Assembly: GCA_003132585.1 (NCBI GenBank)
Contig: PKYG01000091.1
Location: 18,893-64,385, forward strand
Direction of reading: 5' to 3'
DNA: 45,493 bases
DNA from: Actinomycetota bacterium
GTDB taxonomy: Bacteria; Actinomycetota; Thermoleophilia; UBA2241
The notes under the pieces were generated by a model. The model was not told the DNA's origin, did no database searches, and saw only the letters and a program-made list of their open reading frames with translations. Each line of letters starts with the position of its first letter. Positions within the stretch are counted from its first letter, which is position 1. The translations under genes were made by a program, and so were the position numbers. Of this stretch, positions 9,477-19,036 are shown piece by piece.

Positions 9477-10094
9477 GTGAGCGCAGGCACTGACACTCCG
9501 AGGTCGTCAGAGTCTCGTGCGTCTGCGTTGATTCGCGCCCTGATCGTTGGGGCTGGCCTTCTTCTGGCCGTCGGCTTGGTCTGGGCGATCGCGTCACGAA
9601 CCACGGCGGGTCGGCGCCAGACAACCGCATCGACTGTGGTCGCGTTCACGGGCAAGTACATGTCCGTCGAGCCGATCGCGAACTTGCAGGCGCAGATCAT
9701 CCCACTCGTGAAGGGGCCAAAGCTGCGTCAGCGAGTTCTGGAGAACCTCGGTCTCACCTCACAGGAGTTCGGCAAGTACCACATCGACTGCCACGCCAAA
9801 GCGTCGGATTACCCGTCGCCTCCCCAGTTCGTGATCACGACGTCCGGGCCCGACCAGGCAACGACGGCGCACATAAGCAACGCCGCCGCGGCCGTGCTCA
9901 TCGCCATGAGGCAGGAGGCAGAGCGGGCGTCGATACGCAGGGCCGAGCAGGTAATAGGGAGCCTGATGTCTCGGATTGCCGGCAATGCCAAGCGAAGCTC
10001 CGACTACCGCGCCCTCCGGCAACGCCTGCGACAGCTCCGCTCCCTCGAGAAGTCCGTGACGGGGAACCTGAGCATCGTGCAGCCGGCGAGCTGA
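9477..10094 (+). CDS. Membrane-anchored protein, weak Wzz/CapA chain-length-regulator-like
   Basis: One TM, RVLENLGL, FVITTSGPDQATTAHISNAAA, coiled-coil tail. Confidence 0.5.
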   Translation: MSAGTDTPRSSESRASALIRALIVGAGLLLAVGLVWAIASRTTAGRRQTTASTVVAFTGKYMSVEPIANLQAQIIPLVKGPKLRQRVLENLGLTSQEFGKYHIDCHAKASDYPSPPQFVITTSGPDQATTAHISNAAAAVLIAMRQEAERASIRRAEQVIGSLMSRIAGNAKRSSDYRALRQRLRQLRSLEKSVTGNLSIVQPAS

Positions 10095-10159
10095 CGCGTC
10101 CCAGCCGAGGAGTAGACTGAGGCGCAAGGACGCGCCGCTGAACCGCGAGAACCTTAGGC
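10088..10159 (+). repeat. Degenerate attC
   Basis: Right arm GCGCCGCTGAACCGCGAGAAC-CTTAGGC (G of GTT changed to C); left arm eroded. Confidence 0.5.
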
Positions 10160-10172
10160 ACACGGGGGGTCA

Positions 10173-10787
10173 ATGGCCAGCAAGTCTCCAAGGATGAAAG
10201 CCATCAATCGCCTTCGCTGGACAATCACAATCGGCGCTCTCCTCGTCGTGATCGCGCATCTCGTCTGGCCTCATGTCAAGGTCGATATGGTCGCTGTGAC
10301 GCTTCTAGTGGTTGCGATTCTCCCGTGGCTGACACCCCTCGTTAAGTCCGTCGAATTGCCTGGTGGGTTCAAGGTCGAGCTGCAGGATCTGCAGAAAGCG
10401 GCGTCGCGCGCAGATACGGCAGGCCTGCTGGCGCAACCGGCGAAAGCGGAGCACGCATTCACATTCGAGGCCATGGTCGCACGAGATCCGAACCTCGCAT
10501 TGGCGGGACTGCGTATCGAGATCGAGCGTCGGCTCGGCCTACTCGCACAGGCGCATGGCCTGGACGCAGGTCGCCAGATGGGAGTTGGCCAACTGCTTCC
10601 TGCTCTTGTTGGCGCAGACGTGCTCTCGCAGGACGAAGGATCGGTGCTCGCGGACATGACCAGCCTGCTCAACGAAGCCGTTCACGGAGCCGACGTCGAT
10701 CCACGTGCGGCCGAGTGGGCGTTTGACGTTGGTCCGCGACTGTTGGCGTCTCTGGACGAACGGGTCGATGAGAAGTCCGGCGCCTAA
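10173..10787 (+). CDS. 2-TM protein with C-terminal HEPN-like helical domain (cassette)
   Basis: Two TMs, KSVELPGGFKVEL, LALAGLRIEIERRL, LLNEAVHG (Rx4H-like with Arg replaced); stop inside GCCTAAC. Confidence 0.6.
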   Translation: MASKSPRMKAINRLRWTITIGALLVVIAHLVWPHVKVDMVAVTLLVVAILPWLTPLVKSVELPGGFKVELQDLQKAASRADTAGLLAQPAKAEHAFTFEAMVARDPNLALAGLRIEIERRLGLLAQAHGLDAGRQMGVGQLLPALVGADVLSQDEGSVLADMTSLLNEAVHGADVDPRAAEWAFDVGPRLLASLDERVDEKSGA

Positions 10788-10838
10788 CCTCAGCGGTACA
10801 CTCGGCGGCCGTTGTTGTACACCCAGAGGGTGTTGCGA
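10782..10838 (+). repeat. Degenerate attC
   Basis: GCCTAAC overlaps stop; partial arms GTACA/TGTAC; GTTGCGA at 10832. Confidence 0.45.
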
Positions 10839-10867
10839 ACACCGCCTCCAAAGGGCGCACTGAGCAC

Positions 10868-11098
10868 ATGCAGACCACCGACCTTGACATCAGCAAGCTT
10901 TCGGTCTCCGAGCGCATCCAGCTCGCCGAGGACCTCTGGGAGAGCGTCGCCGCTGACACCGGCGACCTACCGCTAAGCGCCGCCCAAAAGGCCGAGCTGG
11001 AGCGCCGCCTCGCCGACCTCGAGCGCGACCCGGGCGCAGGCGAGCCTTGGGAGGACGTGCGCGCCCGCATCGAGAAGCGGCTGGCCCAAACCGGATGA
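10868..11098 (+). CDS. Putative addiction-module antitoxin (TIGR02574-like)
   Basis: LSVSERIQLAEDLWESV...QKAELERRL...PWEDVRARI. Confidence 0.88.
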   Translation: MQTTDLDISKLSVSERIQLAEDLWESVAADTGDLPLSAAQKAELERRLADLERDPGAGEPWEDVRARIEKRLAQTG

Positions 11099-11273
11099 CG
11101 CCTCGCCTCGTCGTCCGTTCGGCCGCCGAGGCAGACATCGCCGAAGCCGCCATCTGCTGCGCCGCTACTCGTATGCCGTTTACTTCGTCGCAACCGCCGA
11201 CCTGACCAGCGTGCTCGCCTGTATGCACGTCCGCCGTGATCCACGCCGCTGGGAAGAGCGCGTCGATGAATGA
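11095..11273 (+). pseudogene. RelE/ParE toxin pseudogene (internal deletion + frameshift)
   Basis: MTPRLVVRSAAEADIAEAA in one frame and LLRRYSYAVYF...VLACMHVRRDPRRW in another; central part of the toxin absent. Confidence 0.8.
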
Positions 11274-11274
11274 C

Positions 11275-11362
11275 CGGCAACAGCGCTTCCAGCGGACGCG
11301 CCATTGACCGCCGGTAGGCTTCGGATTGGCGGTTCGCGCCGCTGAAGCGCCGAGACGTAGGT
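11275..11362 (+). repeat. attC site with damaged R'
   Basis: CGGCAAC; L'' GCGCTTCCAGCGG vs L' CCGCTGAAGCGC (one extrahelical base); ends GT-AGGT. Confidence 0.75.
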
Positions 11363-11721
11363 GGAGTCATGGAACACCCAGCAATCGCTACCCACAGTTG
11401 TCTGCCGGTGGGGAGTTGGTGACCGTTGCTTTCTGCCAAACGGCTCGTCGTTCGCGCGCTCAACGGCCTCTGCGCCGGCGTCGACGCGGTTGCCTACCGG
11501 CCTGCGGTCGTCCGCCTGGGAAGGCGCCTGCCGCGGTGGTGGAACTGCCAGCTCGCGAAGCTGTCAATCCGGCTGGATGATCGGTGGCTCCGCGGACGTG
11601 CCCGACCGCGACTCTGTCTGGGAAGGCGACGACGACTCGTTCATGGCCCACCGGCAAGTCCACATCGCTCCTTGCGACTGTCGAGGCCATCTTCAACCTG
11701 GGTACGCTCAGGCGGAATCCC

Positions 11722-12141
11722 TTAGGACTTCGCTTTCTTCGAAGGTTTCGACTTGCCAGAACTGTTGAGGGCGACCGCTTGGCGAACGAGCGCCTTGAAG
11801 GCGGACTCGTCAACTTCTTCTCCTTCGTGGATGTCGATCGCGCGGCGTGCGTTTCCGTCGAGACTCGAGTTGAAGAGACGGGCCGGATCCTTCAGAGACG
11901 CGCCCTTGAAGAAGGTAAGCTTCACGACATTCTTGTAGGATTCGCCAGTGCAGATGATGCCGTCGTGCGACCAAATCGGAGTGCCCATCCACTTCCACTC
12001 CTCGACGACGTCCGGGTCTGCTTCCTTGATGAGCTTGCGCATTCTGCTGAGGGTTTCCCCGCGCCAGTCCCCGAGTTCGGCGATTCTTTTCGAGATGAGC
12101 TCCGATGCCGACTGGCCTTGGCTCGCGCCCGACTCTTTCAT
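11722..12141 (-). CDS. DUF1801 (YdhG-like) protein, inverted cassette
   Basis: [62 protein letters not shown]. Confidence 0.9.
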   Translation of the reverse strand: MKESGASQGQSASELISKRIAELGDWRGETLSRMRKLIKEADPDVVEEWKWMGTPIWSHDGIICTGESYKNVVKLTFFKGASLKDPARLFNSSLDGNARRAIDIHEGEEVDESAFKALVRQAVALNSSGKSKPSKKAKS

Positions 12142-12347
12142 GTTCTCCTCCTAGAAGTTCCAGATATATTTCACTTGCAGGACAGTGGAGGATAGTCATG
12201 TAAGACTTCAGAGCAATGTTACGGCGCCTTGCAGGCCCGTCCTGTCGGGAATAGGTCCGTCTCGGTTGACAGATGGTTCCCCGCCGTCGGTACTTCCAAG
12301 CAGCATTCGGCAATGCGGGCGTCTGGACTTCCTCGACAGGCAAGGCC

Positions 12348-12431
12348 ATCCAACAAGCGTTTCGAGCGGACTGCGAACGCGCTAGATTGAAGTGAGCGGC
12401 TGCTCGGCCGCTCAAGCGGTGGGCGTTAGTA
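12348..12431 (+). repeat. attC site (84 bp)
   Basis: ATCCAAC...CGTTTCGAGCGG / CCGCTCAAGCG...GTTAGTA. Confidence 0.85.
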
Positions 12432-12449
12432 GCCGACATCGGAGGGGCC

Positions 12450-12860
12450 ATGGAGTTCCATCGTGGCAGGCTGATAGACCACATACATTTGCGTGTGGCA
12501 GATCTGGCAGCCAGCAAACGATTCTACAAGGCCGTGCTTGCCGCGCTGGGTCGCCTGGACGCCATAACGGAAGGTGCCGACTACTTCTCCGCCGATGAGC
12601 TTTGGGTGGACATGGCGGACGGACCAGTCTCGCGGGTTCATCTCGCGTTTCAAGCGCGAGACCAGGGCGAAGTCGGTCAGTTCTTTGCTGCAGCCATTGC
12701 AGCGGGTGGCAGGGACAACGGCGGCCCGGGCGAACGCGCGTACCATCCAGGCTACTATGCGGCGTTCGTTCTCGACCCAGATGGAAACAACATTGAAGCG
12801 GTCTACGACGGGCCGGTGCGCAAGTCCGCCGAGTCGATAGTTGTCACTCCGCTGGATTGA
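12450..12860 (+). CDS. VOC/glyoxalase-family protein
   Basis: IDHIHLRVADLAASKRFY, HLAFQA, GGRDNGGPGERAYHPGYYAAFVLDPDGNNIEAV. Confidence 0.93.
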   Translation: MEFHRGRLIDHIHLRVADLAASKRFYKAVLAALGRLDAITEGADYFSADELWVDMADGPVSRVHLAFQARDQGEVGQFFAAAIAAGGRDNGGPGERAYHPGYYAAFVLDPDGNNIEAVYDGPVRKSAESIVVTPLD

Positions 12861-12877
12861 GCGTTGAACGAAACGTG

Positions 12878-12964
12878 CGCCAACAGGGCGTTCGCGCAGA
12901 CTCGCAGAAGGCCTGCGTTTGACCGGGGCGTCGGCGCTCGCAGCTCAACGCCCGCACGTTAGGC
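12878..12964 (+). repeat. attC site (87 bp)
   Basis: CGCCAAC...GGCGTTCGCGC / GCTCAACGCC...GTTAGGC. Confidence 0.85.
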
Positions 12965-13087
12965 CGCAACGCAAGTCTGGCAGGCCTTTGCGCTCAGGGA
13001 CTACGGCCCCCATCTCCAACACCGGAGATGGCCGTGGGGCTATCATGGCAAGCGGACCAGTCGCGCGCACGTACAGGAGGGCACATC

Positions 13088-14143
13088 GTGGACGACGCCT
13101 ACGAACGGCTGGCTGACGCGCTCGACCGGCTGGCGAACGGCTTTCCGAGGACGACCGCCGGCGTCGAGATCCGCCTGCTGCAGAAGATGTTCTCACGCGA
13201 GGAGGCGGCGGTCGCCGCCGCTCTGACCGCGACGCCGCAAACGAGCGCAATGATCGCGGAGCGGGCCGGCGCGGCCTCCGGCCACGCCCGCGCGCTCCTC
13301 AAGTCACTGGTGGAGCGCGACCTGGTGTGGCTCTCGACCAAGCCTGGCTTACGTGGCTTCCGGCTCGCGCCCTTCGTCGTGGGATCCTACGAGGCCCATA
13401 TGTTGACGACTCGAGACCCGGAGTACGCGGCGCTCGTCGAGGAGTACCTGACGACCGGCGGGGCGGCGGCCATGATGGCGCCGCAGCCGGCGATCCATCG
13501 CACGGTGCCCGCGCGCGCAGCGGTGAAGGAGGAGTGGGTGCTGCCCTACGACGACGTGCGGCAGCTCCTGCTCGGAGCCGACGCCTTCCGTCTTGAGGAC
13601 TGCGTCTGCCGCGTCCAGCAAGAACAGCTCGGTCAGCGGCGCTGTGATTTCCCCATCGCGACCTGCCTCTGGTTCTCGAGCGGGGAGCCCAGCGCTGCAG
13701 AGGGGACGATCTCGCGCGCGGAAGCCCTCGCCTTCCTCGACCGTGTCGAGGAGATCGGCCTGGTGCACACGGTGAGCAATGCCATGGAGGGTGCAGGCTA
13801 CGTCTGCAACTGCTGTGGCTGTTGCTGCGGCCTGCTGCGCGGGATCACCGAGTGGGGCATCGAACACTCGGTGGCGCAGGCCAACTACTTCGCACTCATC
13901 GACTCCGACGCATGCTCGAACTGCGGCATCTGCATGGAACGCTGCCAGGTGCATGCCATCTCCGAGGCGGACGATGTCCCTGTCATTGACCTCGCCCTGT
14001 GTATCGGCTGTGGCCTGTGTGTCACCGGCTGCGGCCAGGACGCGGTCCAGCTCCAGCGCAAGCCACAGGACGAGATCGTCGTGCCGCCGATCGACTTCGG
14101 CGCCTGGGAGCGCGAGCGCCTGCGCAACCGCGGCCTGCTGTAG
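13088..14143 (+). CDS. Fe-S protein: N-terminal wHTH-like region, Cys-rich core, 2x[4Fe-4S] ferredoxin domain
   Basis: CVCR, VCNCCGCCCGLL, CSNCGICMERC, CIGCGLCVTGC; GTG after AGGAGG. Confidence 0.88.
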   Translation: MDDAYERLADALDRLANGFPRTTAGVEIRLLQKMFSREEAAVAAALTATPQTSAMIAERAGAASGHARALLKSLVERDLVWLSTKPGLRGFRLAPFVVGSYEAHMLTTRDPEYAALVEEYLTTGGAAAMMAPQPAIHRTVPARAAVKEEWVLPYDDVRQLLLGADAFRLEDCVCRVQQEQLGQRRCDFPIATCLWFSSGEPSAAEGTISRAEALAFLDRVEEIGLVHTVSNAMEGAGYVCNCCGCCCGLLRGITEWGIEHSVAQANYFALIDSDACSNCGICMERCQVHAISEADDVPVIDLALCIGCGLCVTGCGQDAVQLQRKPQDEIVVPPIDFGAWERERLRNRGLL

Positions 14144-14198
14144 GTGTGCCCTGCCCGCAGGAGTTCCATGAGCCGGAGAGGAGTGGCCGGTATCTGGG

Positions 14199-14222
14199 GC
14201 GCTGAGGCGCCGAGCCTTAGGC
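14199..14222 (+). repeat. attC right-half remnant
   Basis: GCGCTGAGGCGCCGAGC-CTTAGGC, same arm type as 8833 and 11341, directly before the HAD gene. Confidence 0.5.
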
Positions 14223-14230
14223 CCGGCGCC

Positions 14231-14836
14231 ATGAAACGACCTTCCGTACTATTGTTCGACCTCGGTGGAGTCCTCGTCGAGATCGCGGCCTTCGACGCGC
14301 TCAAGTCGATGGTCGCCGAGACTCTCGACGACGATGCCATCAGATTGCGTTGGCTGCGGTCACCCGCGGTCCGAAGCTTTGAGCTGGGACGCATCGCGCC
14401 GGCCGCATTCGCCGCGCAGTTCCTCGACGAGTGGCAGGTTGGGCTCACACTCTCAACGCCGGAAGCCTTCCTTGAGAACTTCGCCACCTGGGTCAAGCGA
14501 CCGTATGAGGGTGCCGAGACTCTCATCGCGCGTCTGCGGGTCGAGTATCGCGTGAGCTGCTTGAGCAACTGCAACGAGCTGCACTGGTCGCAGCTTGGCG
14601 GCTTGCTGAACTGCTTCGATTCCGCGTTCTCGTCCCACCTGCTGGGGGCGATCAAGCCAGACGAAGAGGTCTTCCAGAAAGTCATGAGCGAACTGCGCGT
14701 GGAGCCGGACCAGCTCTGCTTCTTCGATGATTCGTACTTGAACGTTCAGGCAGCCAAGAGGCTCGGAATCGGAGCGTACCGGGTGGACGGAATCAGGGGT
14801 GTTCGGCGCGTTGTGCAGAGCGAGGGATTGCTCTGA
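14231..14836 (+). CDS. HAD-IA family hydrolase (YihX-like)
   Basis: LLFDLGGVL, LSNCN, IKPDEEVF, FFDDSYLNVQAA. Confidence 0.9.
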   Translation: MKRPSVLLFDLGGVLVEIAAFDALKSMVAETLDDDAIRLRWLRSPAVRSFELGRIAPAAFAAQFLDEWQVGLTLSTPEAFLENFATWVKRPYEGAETLIARLRVEYRVSCLSNCNELHWSQLGGLLNCFDSAFSSHLLGAIKPDEEVFQKVMSELRVEPDQLCFFDDSYLNVQAAKRLGIGAYRVDGIRGVRRVVQSEGLL

Positions 14837-15016
14837 GGAATAGGCGTGACGTCAGGTTTGAAGTGTAACGCTTGCGCTCGCATCGCACCGGCCGCCTGAC
14901 TCCGCCCTCCACTTTGCACCTGCCCATGCAGCGGTTAGGACGACCGGGCGGGAGGAGTGGCTACGCTGCCGGTTTGCGCCGGTTACACAAGACAGCTGCC
15001 CTCCCGCGACTCTACT

Positions 15017-15119
15017 ACTCAGACCGCCTCACACAGCAACCCACGCGTGAAATGATGTCTTACGCAGAAGGGCGTAGGCTTCGGTGCGTGTTGCGCAGTC
15101 CGCATAACCGCTGTTAGCA
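15017..15119 (+). repeat. Long attC-like element, family copy 3 of 3
   Basis: ACTCAGACCGCCTCACAC..CAACCCACGCGTGAAATGATGTCTTACG...CGCATAACCGCT-GTTAGCA; matches copies at 1444 and 6409. Confidence 0.7.
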
Positions 15120-15262
15120 GGTGAACCGCATTCTGGGGTTCCACGGGCCTACAGCAGCAGACTTGCGACCAACGAATTGTCGGAACAGGCTCGGACCAGC
15201 TGTTCACCCGGTGGGCACTGCTTGGCGCACCGATGGACAATGCTCAGTATTGAGAGGCAGCG

Positions 15263-18200
15263 ATGGGAGCTGACGACACCGCCACACTCTGGAATCAAGA
15301 CAGACAATCTCTCCACGGGTTGATTGGGGAAGTAGACCCCGCCCTTGCCGGTCTTTATCGGCAGGCCATTCTACTCATGGACTCCCAGCCGATGCCGGGC
15401 GACGACAAAGCCCGCCTCTCCCTCGTCAGCCACTGCGTCCGTGAGCTGATGAACAACCTGCCAGACGCCCTTGGCGATGTGAAGGACTTCCCGGCAAACA
15501 GGAGAGGCGACGAAGAGAAGGCGCGCGCTGATCTCATTGCTGCTGTCGAAATGCTCGAGGGCATGCCACGTGATCAGCCGGTTGAAGCCGGAAGTCCTTT
15601 GGACAAGCCGGGCAAGGTGACTGTGCCTGCCGACTTTCTCGACGCCGCGGTGAATTTTGCAGGTGTGTTCAAGGACGGGGAGACTCGCGTAAGACTCAGG
15701 GACTCGGCCGCTCTCTTGGGCTACATTGACCGCTATCATCCAGCCCTGAAGCCGTGGAAAGCTGCCAGGGACTTCTTCATGTCCTTCGCCCACCTGGATC
15801 GGCACAAGTCGGACCGGCCCGGCGGGCACGGTCTTCCCACAGACGAGCGGGTGATGGCACATATCGCGATCATCGAAGCGTCGATGCGCGTCCGTCTCGG
15901 CGCGTTCTTTGACAGTCTGAACGAAGTCAGAGCCCTTGCTGGACAGGCGAACGAGGTCGGCGCGGATGGCATTGAGGTCCCGTCCGATGATGATGTTCGT
16001 GCGATCTTGGCACGTTTGGGCTCGCTTCAGCTGAGGCGCGCGTTCTACGCTCAGTTTGAGAATCCGTATTGGGTCGGGGCACTGGCGAAACAGGACGCTT
16101 TCGGCAACCCACCCGCCACTGAGGTCATGCCGGATGGAACGGTCCGTTCGGACCCATGGCCCGAAATCGGCTATCTCGTTCGCATGGCTCCGGTCGCCAG
16201 CATTGAGGTCGGTGGGGTCTTGGAGAGGATTGCGGACTCCAGTAGTCAATGGGTGCGCCGAGGGATTGCGGAAGCCGCGACTGTGCTTGCGCCCGAAGAC
16301 GCAGCTGGCCTCGTGCCGAAAATGAAGGAATGGCCTGGCGGCGAGCTGGCGAACTTCCGTATTGATCCAAATGACATTACGCAGGTGATTGTCAGGTTGC
16401 TCGGGAGCACGGAGCGCGCCAAAGGTCGGCAGCTTGCGAACGCCTACTTCACACCGCGTCCGCCCTCCGAGACGCCCAAGTTCGGGTCACCTGAGCCGGT
16501 CGCAGGGATTGACTCCTACTGGTATGCGGAGGGCCTTCCGGCAGTCGCAGAGGCGCTCGGCAGCGACCGCGTCCCCGCACTGGCGGGATGGCTGCGCGAG
16601 TACCAGATGCACTCCAACTCATACGCGGGAGAGCGGCACTACGACTTCAGCCACATCTGGCGTTCATCTATCCGCACCTCAGCCGAACACCACGCCCGCG
16701 AGATAGGCGACTCCCTGGTCGACGTACTTCGCTCTGCTCTGTCGGAAGAAACTCAACAGTCCACCGAACCACTTGCTCGGCTCCTCCAGGATGATCAGCC
16801 GCTGTTGCGTCGCCTTGCTCTCGACGTTCTGGCAGAGGCTATTGACCAGGTGGAGGACAAGTCAGACGAAAATACGGCCGATCTGAGCGAACACGAGGCT
16901 GAGCTTGTCGTTCAAGCTGCAGGTGTTCTCACTGACGAGACGTTCACCGAGAGCGAGTATTCGGCGGAGTACCATCCGTTCATCAGAGCGTGTCTAGCTT
17001 GGCGCGCAGTCGTTGACGTGTCGCCGTTCTTCGCCTTCGTCCGTATGGGTCCGTTGGCTCTGCGAGATGAGCGCCGCGAGCGATTCGCCGACGACGGCGA
17101 TACCGCAGCAGATACGGCAGCCCGGATTGATGACTACAGGAAGCGGTGGCAGCACACGATGTTGACCATGGTCGGCGCTGCGGGCCTGCCCGAGGATCTC
17201 CGCGAAATGCTAACCGCGCTCGACGCCGAGTACGGAACCCTCGAGGTCAGCGATGGCGAGATGCATTTCCGTAGCTTCCGTGGGCCAAGCAGTCCAATCG
17301 ACGCTGAAACGATGCAGAATCTCAGCGACGACGACCTGATAGAACACCTACGTTCTTGGCATCCGGAAACAGACAACTGGACGGGCCCCAGCCACAGGGG
17401 GCAAGGGCACGTTCTTGCCGAGGCTCTATCCTCGCAACCCGGTCGTCTGGGTGACCGGATTGAGGATTTGAAGACTCTTCGACCAACCTACATCCGGTCA
17501 GTCATCGGCAGTTGGAGGGAGGCAATCAAGGCAGGCAAGGTCCTGCCTTGGGGCGAGATCGTGCCGTTGTGCGAATGGGTTACTGGTCTTGGTGACGACA
17601 CCACGGTTGCCAGCGAGGGCGACCCATTTGATGACGACTCTGACTATCGGAACTTGAAGTTCGAAGTGCTCCAGCTACTCGAGGCAGGGCTAGCCATCCA
17701 GCCACGTGACGAGGACCCTGGAATCGGGGAGACCAATGCGGGACGCATCGGAGCTATTCTCGCCAGCTTCAGTGACAATCCTGAGCCCACGCCTGAGTAC
17801 GAAGTCAAGTACGGCGGCAGCAACATGGACCCGCTTACACTGTCCATCAACACTGTCCGACCTGGGGCCATCCGCGCACTCATCCGACTTGTTCATCGTT
17901 TCCCAGAGACCGACGCTGCCGCTGATGCGCTAGCCATCATCGACCGGCACATCGCAGGTGTCGACGCGAGTCTGGCCGTTGCGGCAGCCGTGGGGGAGGG
18001 GACCGGTCGACTCTTCGAATCGGCACATTCCTGGATTGAGGAGCGAGTAGCGGCGATCTTCGGCGTCAGGCTTCCGACAACGGAATACCAGCAAGTCGCC
18101 CTCTCGATGGCGCTGGCCATCCATCTCTTTCACACCCCTCTGCTTGAGCTACTGCGCCGGCCAATACTGCTAATGATCGAGGAGATCGGGAGAGTCGAGC

Positions 18201-18865
18201 ACGTTTCGGGCTGGAGGACTCATGATCGCACCTTCAATCAGCTGATAGGCGACTGGATCCTACGCGGAATCATCGATGGCCACCTCAGCTATGACGACCC
18301 GCTTGTACAGAGCTGGTTTGAGCACGCCGACGCCGAGCTTCGGGGGGATGCGCTTGGTCATCTTGCCTGGCTAATGACGAGGTGGGGTTCGGTACCAGAT
18401 GACGTTGTCGAACGGGTGGCAGATCTCTGGGACCGCCGCGTGGCTCATGTGAAGGAACACCGGGAAGATGCGGCCGAATTGGCAGGCGTCTACTGGCTGG
18501 CGCGCTCAGAGAAGTACGAAGTCCAGTGGTGGCTGCCGAGACTGGAGTACGCGTCATCCGTTGTGCCGGACTTCCGCACACGCGGCATGCTTGGCGAGTG
18601 CTTGGCCGGTGCCTCCGCTGTCGACCCGGATACAGCACTCAAGGTAGTTGAGAACGTGCTCGGCGAACGTGGATCTCATAGCTCGAGTATGGAGTACGAC
18701 CTGATGGAGCGTGCCGTGCCGCAGGTGATCGCCTCAGCACTTGACACAGGCGAAGCCGAACTTAAGCAGCGAGCGACAGACCTGATGAATCGGCTCGGAA
18801 GAGCTGGATACATCGACCTTCAAGACCGGGTCGAGCAGCTTCGCAGAGCGTCCGATGAAGAGTAG
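15263..18865 (+). CDS. 1200-aa hypothetical protein: HEPN-like N-terminus + long alpha-helical region; candidate defence protein
   Basis: Long intact ORF with atypical codon usage; SHCVRELMNNLP...FFMSFAH N-terminal domain; WPEIGYL, LSINTVR, W-rich helical region reminiscent of sensor regions of SIR2/STAND defence proteins. Confidence 0.6.
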   Translation: MGADDTATLWNQDRQSLHGLIGEVDPALAGLYRQAILLMDSQPMPGDDKARLSLVSHCVRELMNNLPDALGDVKDFPANRRGDEEKARADLIAAVEMLEGMPRDQPVEAGSPLDKPGKVTVPADFLDAAVNFAGVFKDGETRVRLRDSAALLGYIDRYHPALKPWKAARDFFMSFAHLDRHKSDRPGGHGLPTDERVMAHIAIIEASMRVRLGAFFDSLNEVRALAGQANEVGADGIEVPSDDDVRAILARLGSLQLRRAFYAQFENPYWVGALAKQDAFGNPPATEVMPDGTVRSDPWPEIGYLVRMAPVASIEVGGVLERIADSSSQWVRRGIAEAATVLAPEDAAGLVPKMKEWPGGELANFRIDPNDITQVIVRLLGSTERAKGRQLANAYFTPRPPSETPKFGSPEPVAGIDSYWYAEGLPAVAEALGSDRVPALAGWLREYQMHSNSYAGERHYDFSHIWRSSIRTSAEHHAREIGDSLVDVLRSALSEETQQSTEPLARLLQDDQPLLRRLALDVLAEAIDQVEDKSDENTADLSEHEAELVVQAAGVLTDETFTESEYSAEYHPFIRACLAWRAVVDVSPFFAFVRMGPLALRDERRERFADDGDTAADTAARIDDYRKRWQHTMLTMVGAAGLPEDLREMLTALDAEYGTLEVSDGEMHFRSFRGPSSPIDAETMQNLSDDDLIEHLRSWHPETDNWTGPSHRGQGHVLAEALSSQPGRLGDRIEDLKTLRPTYIRSVIGSWREAIKAGKVLPWGEIVPLCEWVTGLGDDTTVASEGDPFDDDSDYRNLKFEVLQLLEAGLAIQPRDEDPGIGETNAGRIGAILASFSDNPEPTPEYEVKYGGSNMDPLTLSINTVRPGAIRALIRLVHRFPETDAAADALAIIDRHIAGVDASLAVAAAVGEGTGRLFESAHSWIEERVAAIFGVRLPTTEYQQVALSMALAIHLFHTPLLELLRRPILLMIEEIGRVEHVSGWRTHDRTFNQLIGDWILRGIIDGHLSYDDPLVQSWFEHADAELRGDALGHLAWLMTRWGSVPDDVVERVADLWDRRVAHVKEHREDAAELAGVYWLARSEKYEVQWWLPRLEYASSVVPDFRTRGMLGECLAGASAVDPDTALKVVENVLGERGSHSSSMEYDLMERAVPQVIASALDTGEAELKQRATDLMNRLGRAGYIDLQDRVEQLRRASDEE

Positions 18866-19036
18866 CGACGGCAGCTGCAATGTCGCGGGAGCGGCCTGGC
18901 TGATGTGCGTCCCGACGGGAGGTCTCGCATTCTTCGTGACGACTGTTATCGCCCCCATTTGCCAGAAGCCTACTCGGGCGTCACTGCCTTGGATCGGTCA
19001 TGGATGCCGTCACGGTTGGCAAAGCATGTCAGTCCC

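Noticed and set aside
11363-11721. Overlapping ORFs 11326-11580, 11361-11768, 11426-11725
   Set aside because: No coherent motif or consistent frame; at most a decayed cassette
1444-15119. CRISPR array or IS ends for the three-copy repeat
   Set aside because: Copies are over 100 bp, kilobases apart, with no spacer periodicity, cas genes, transposase or target duplications
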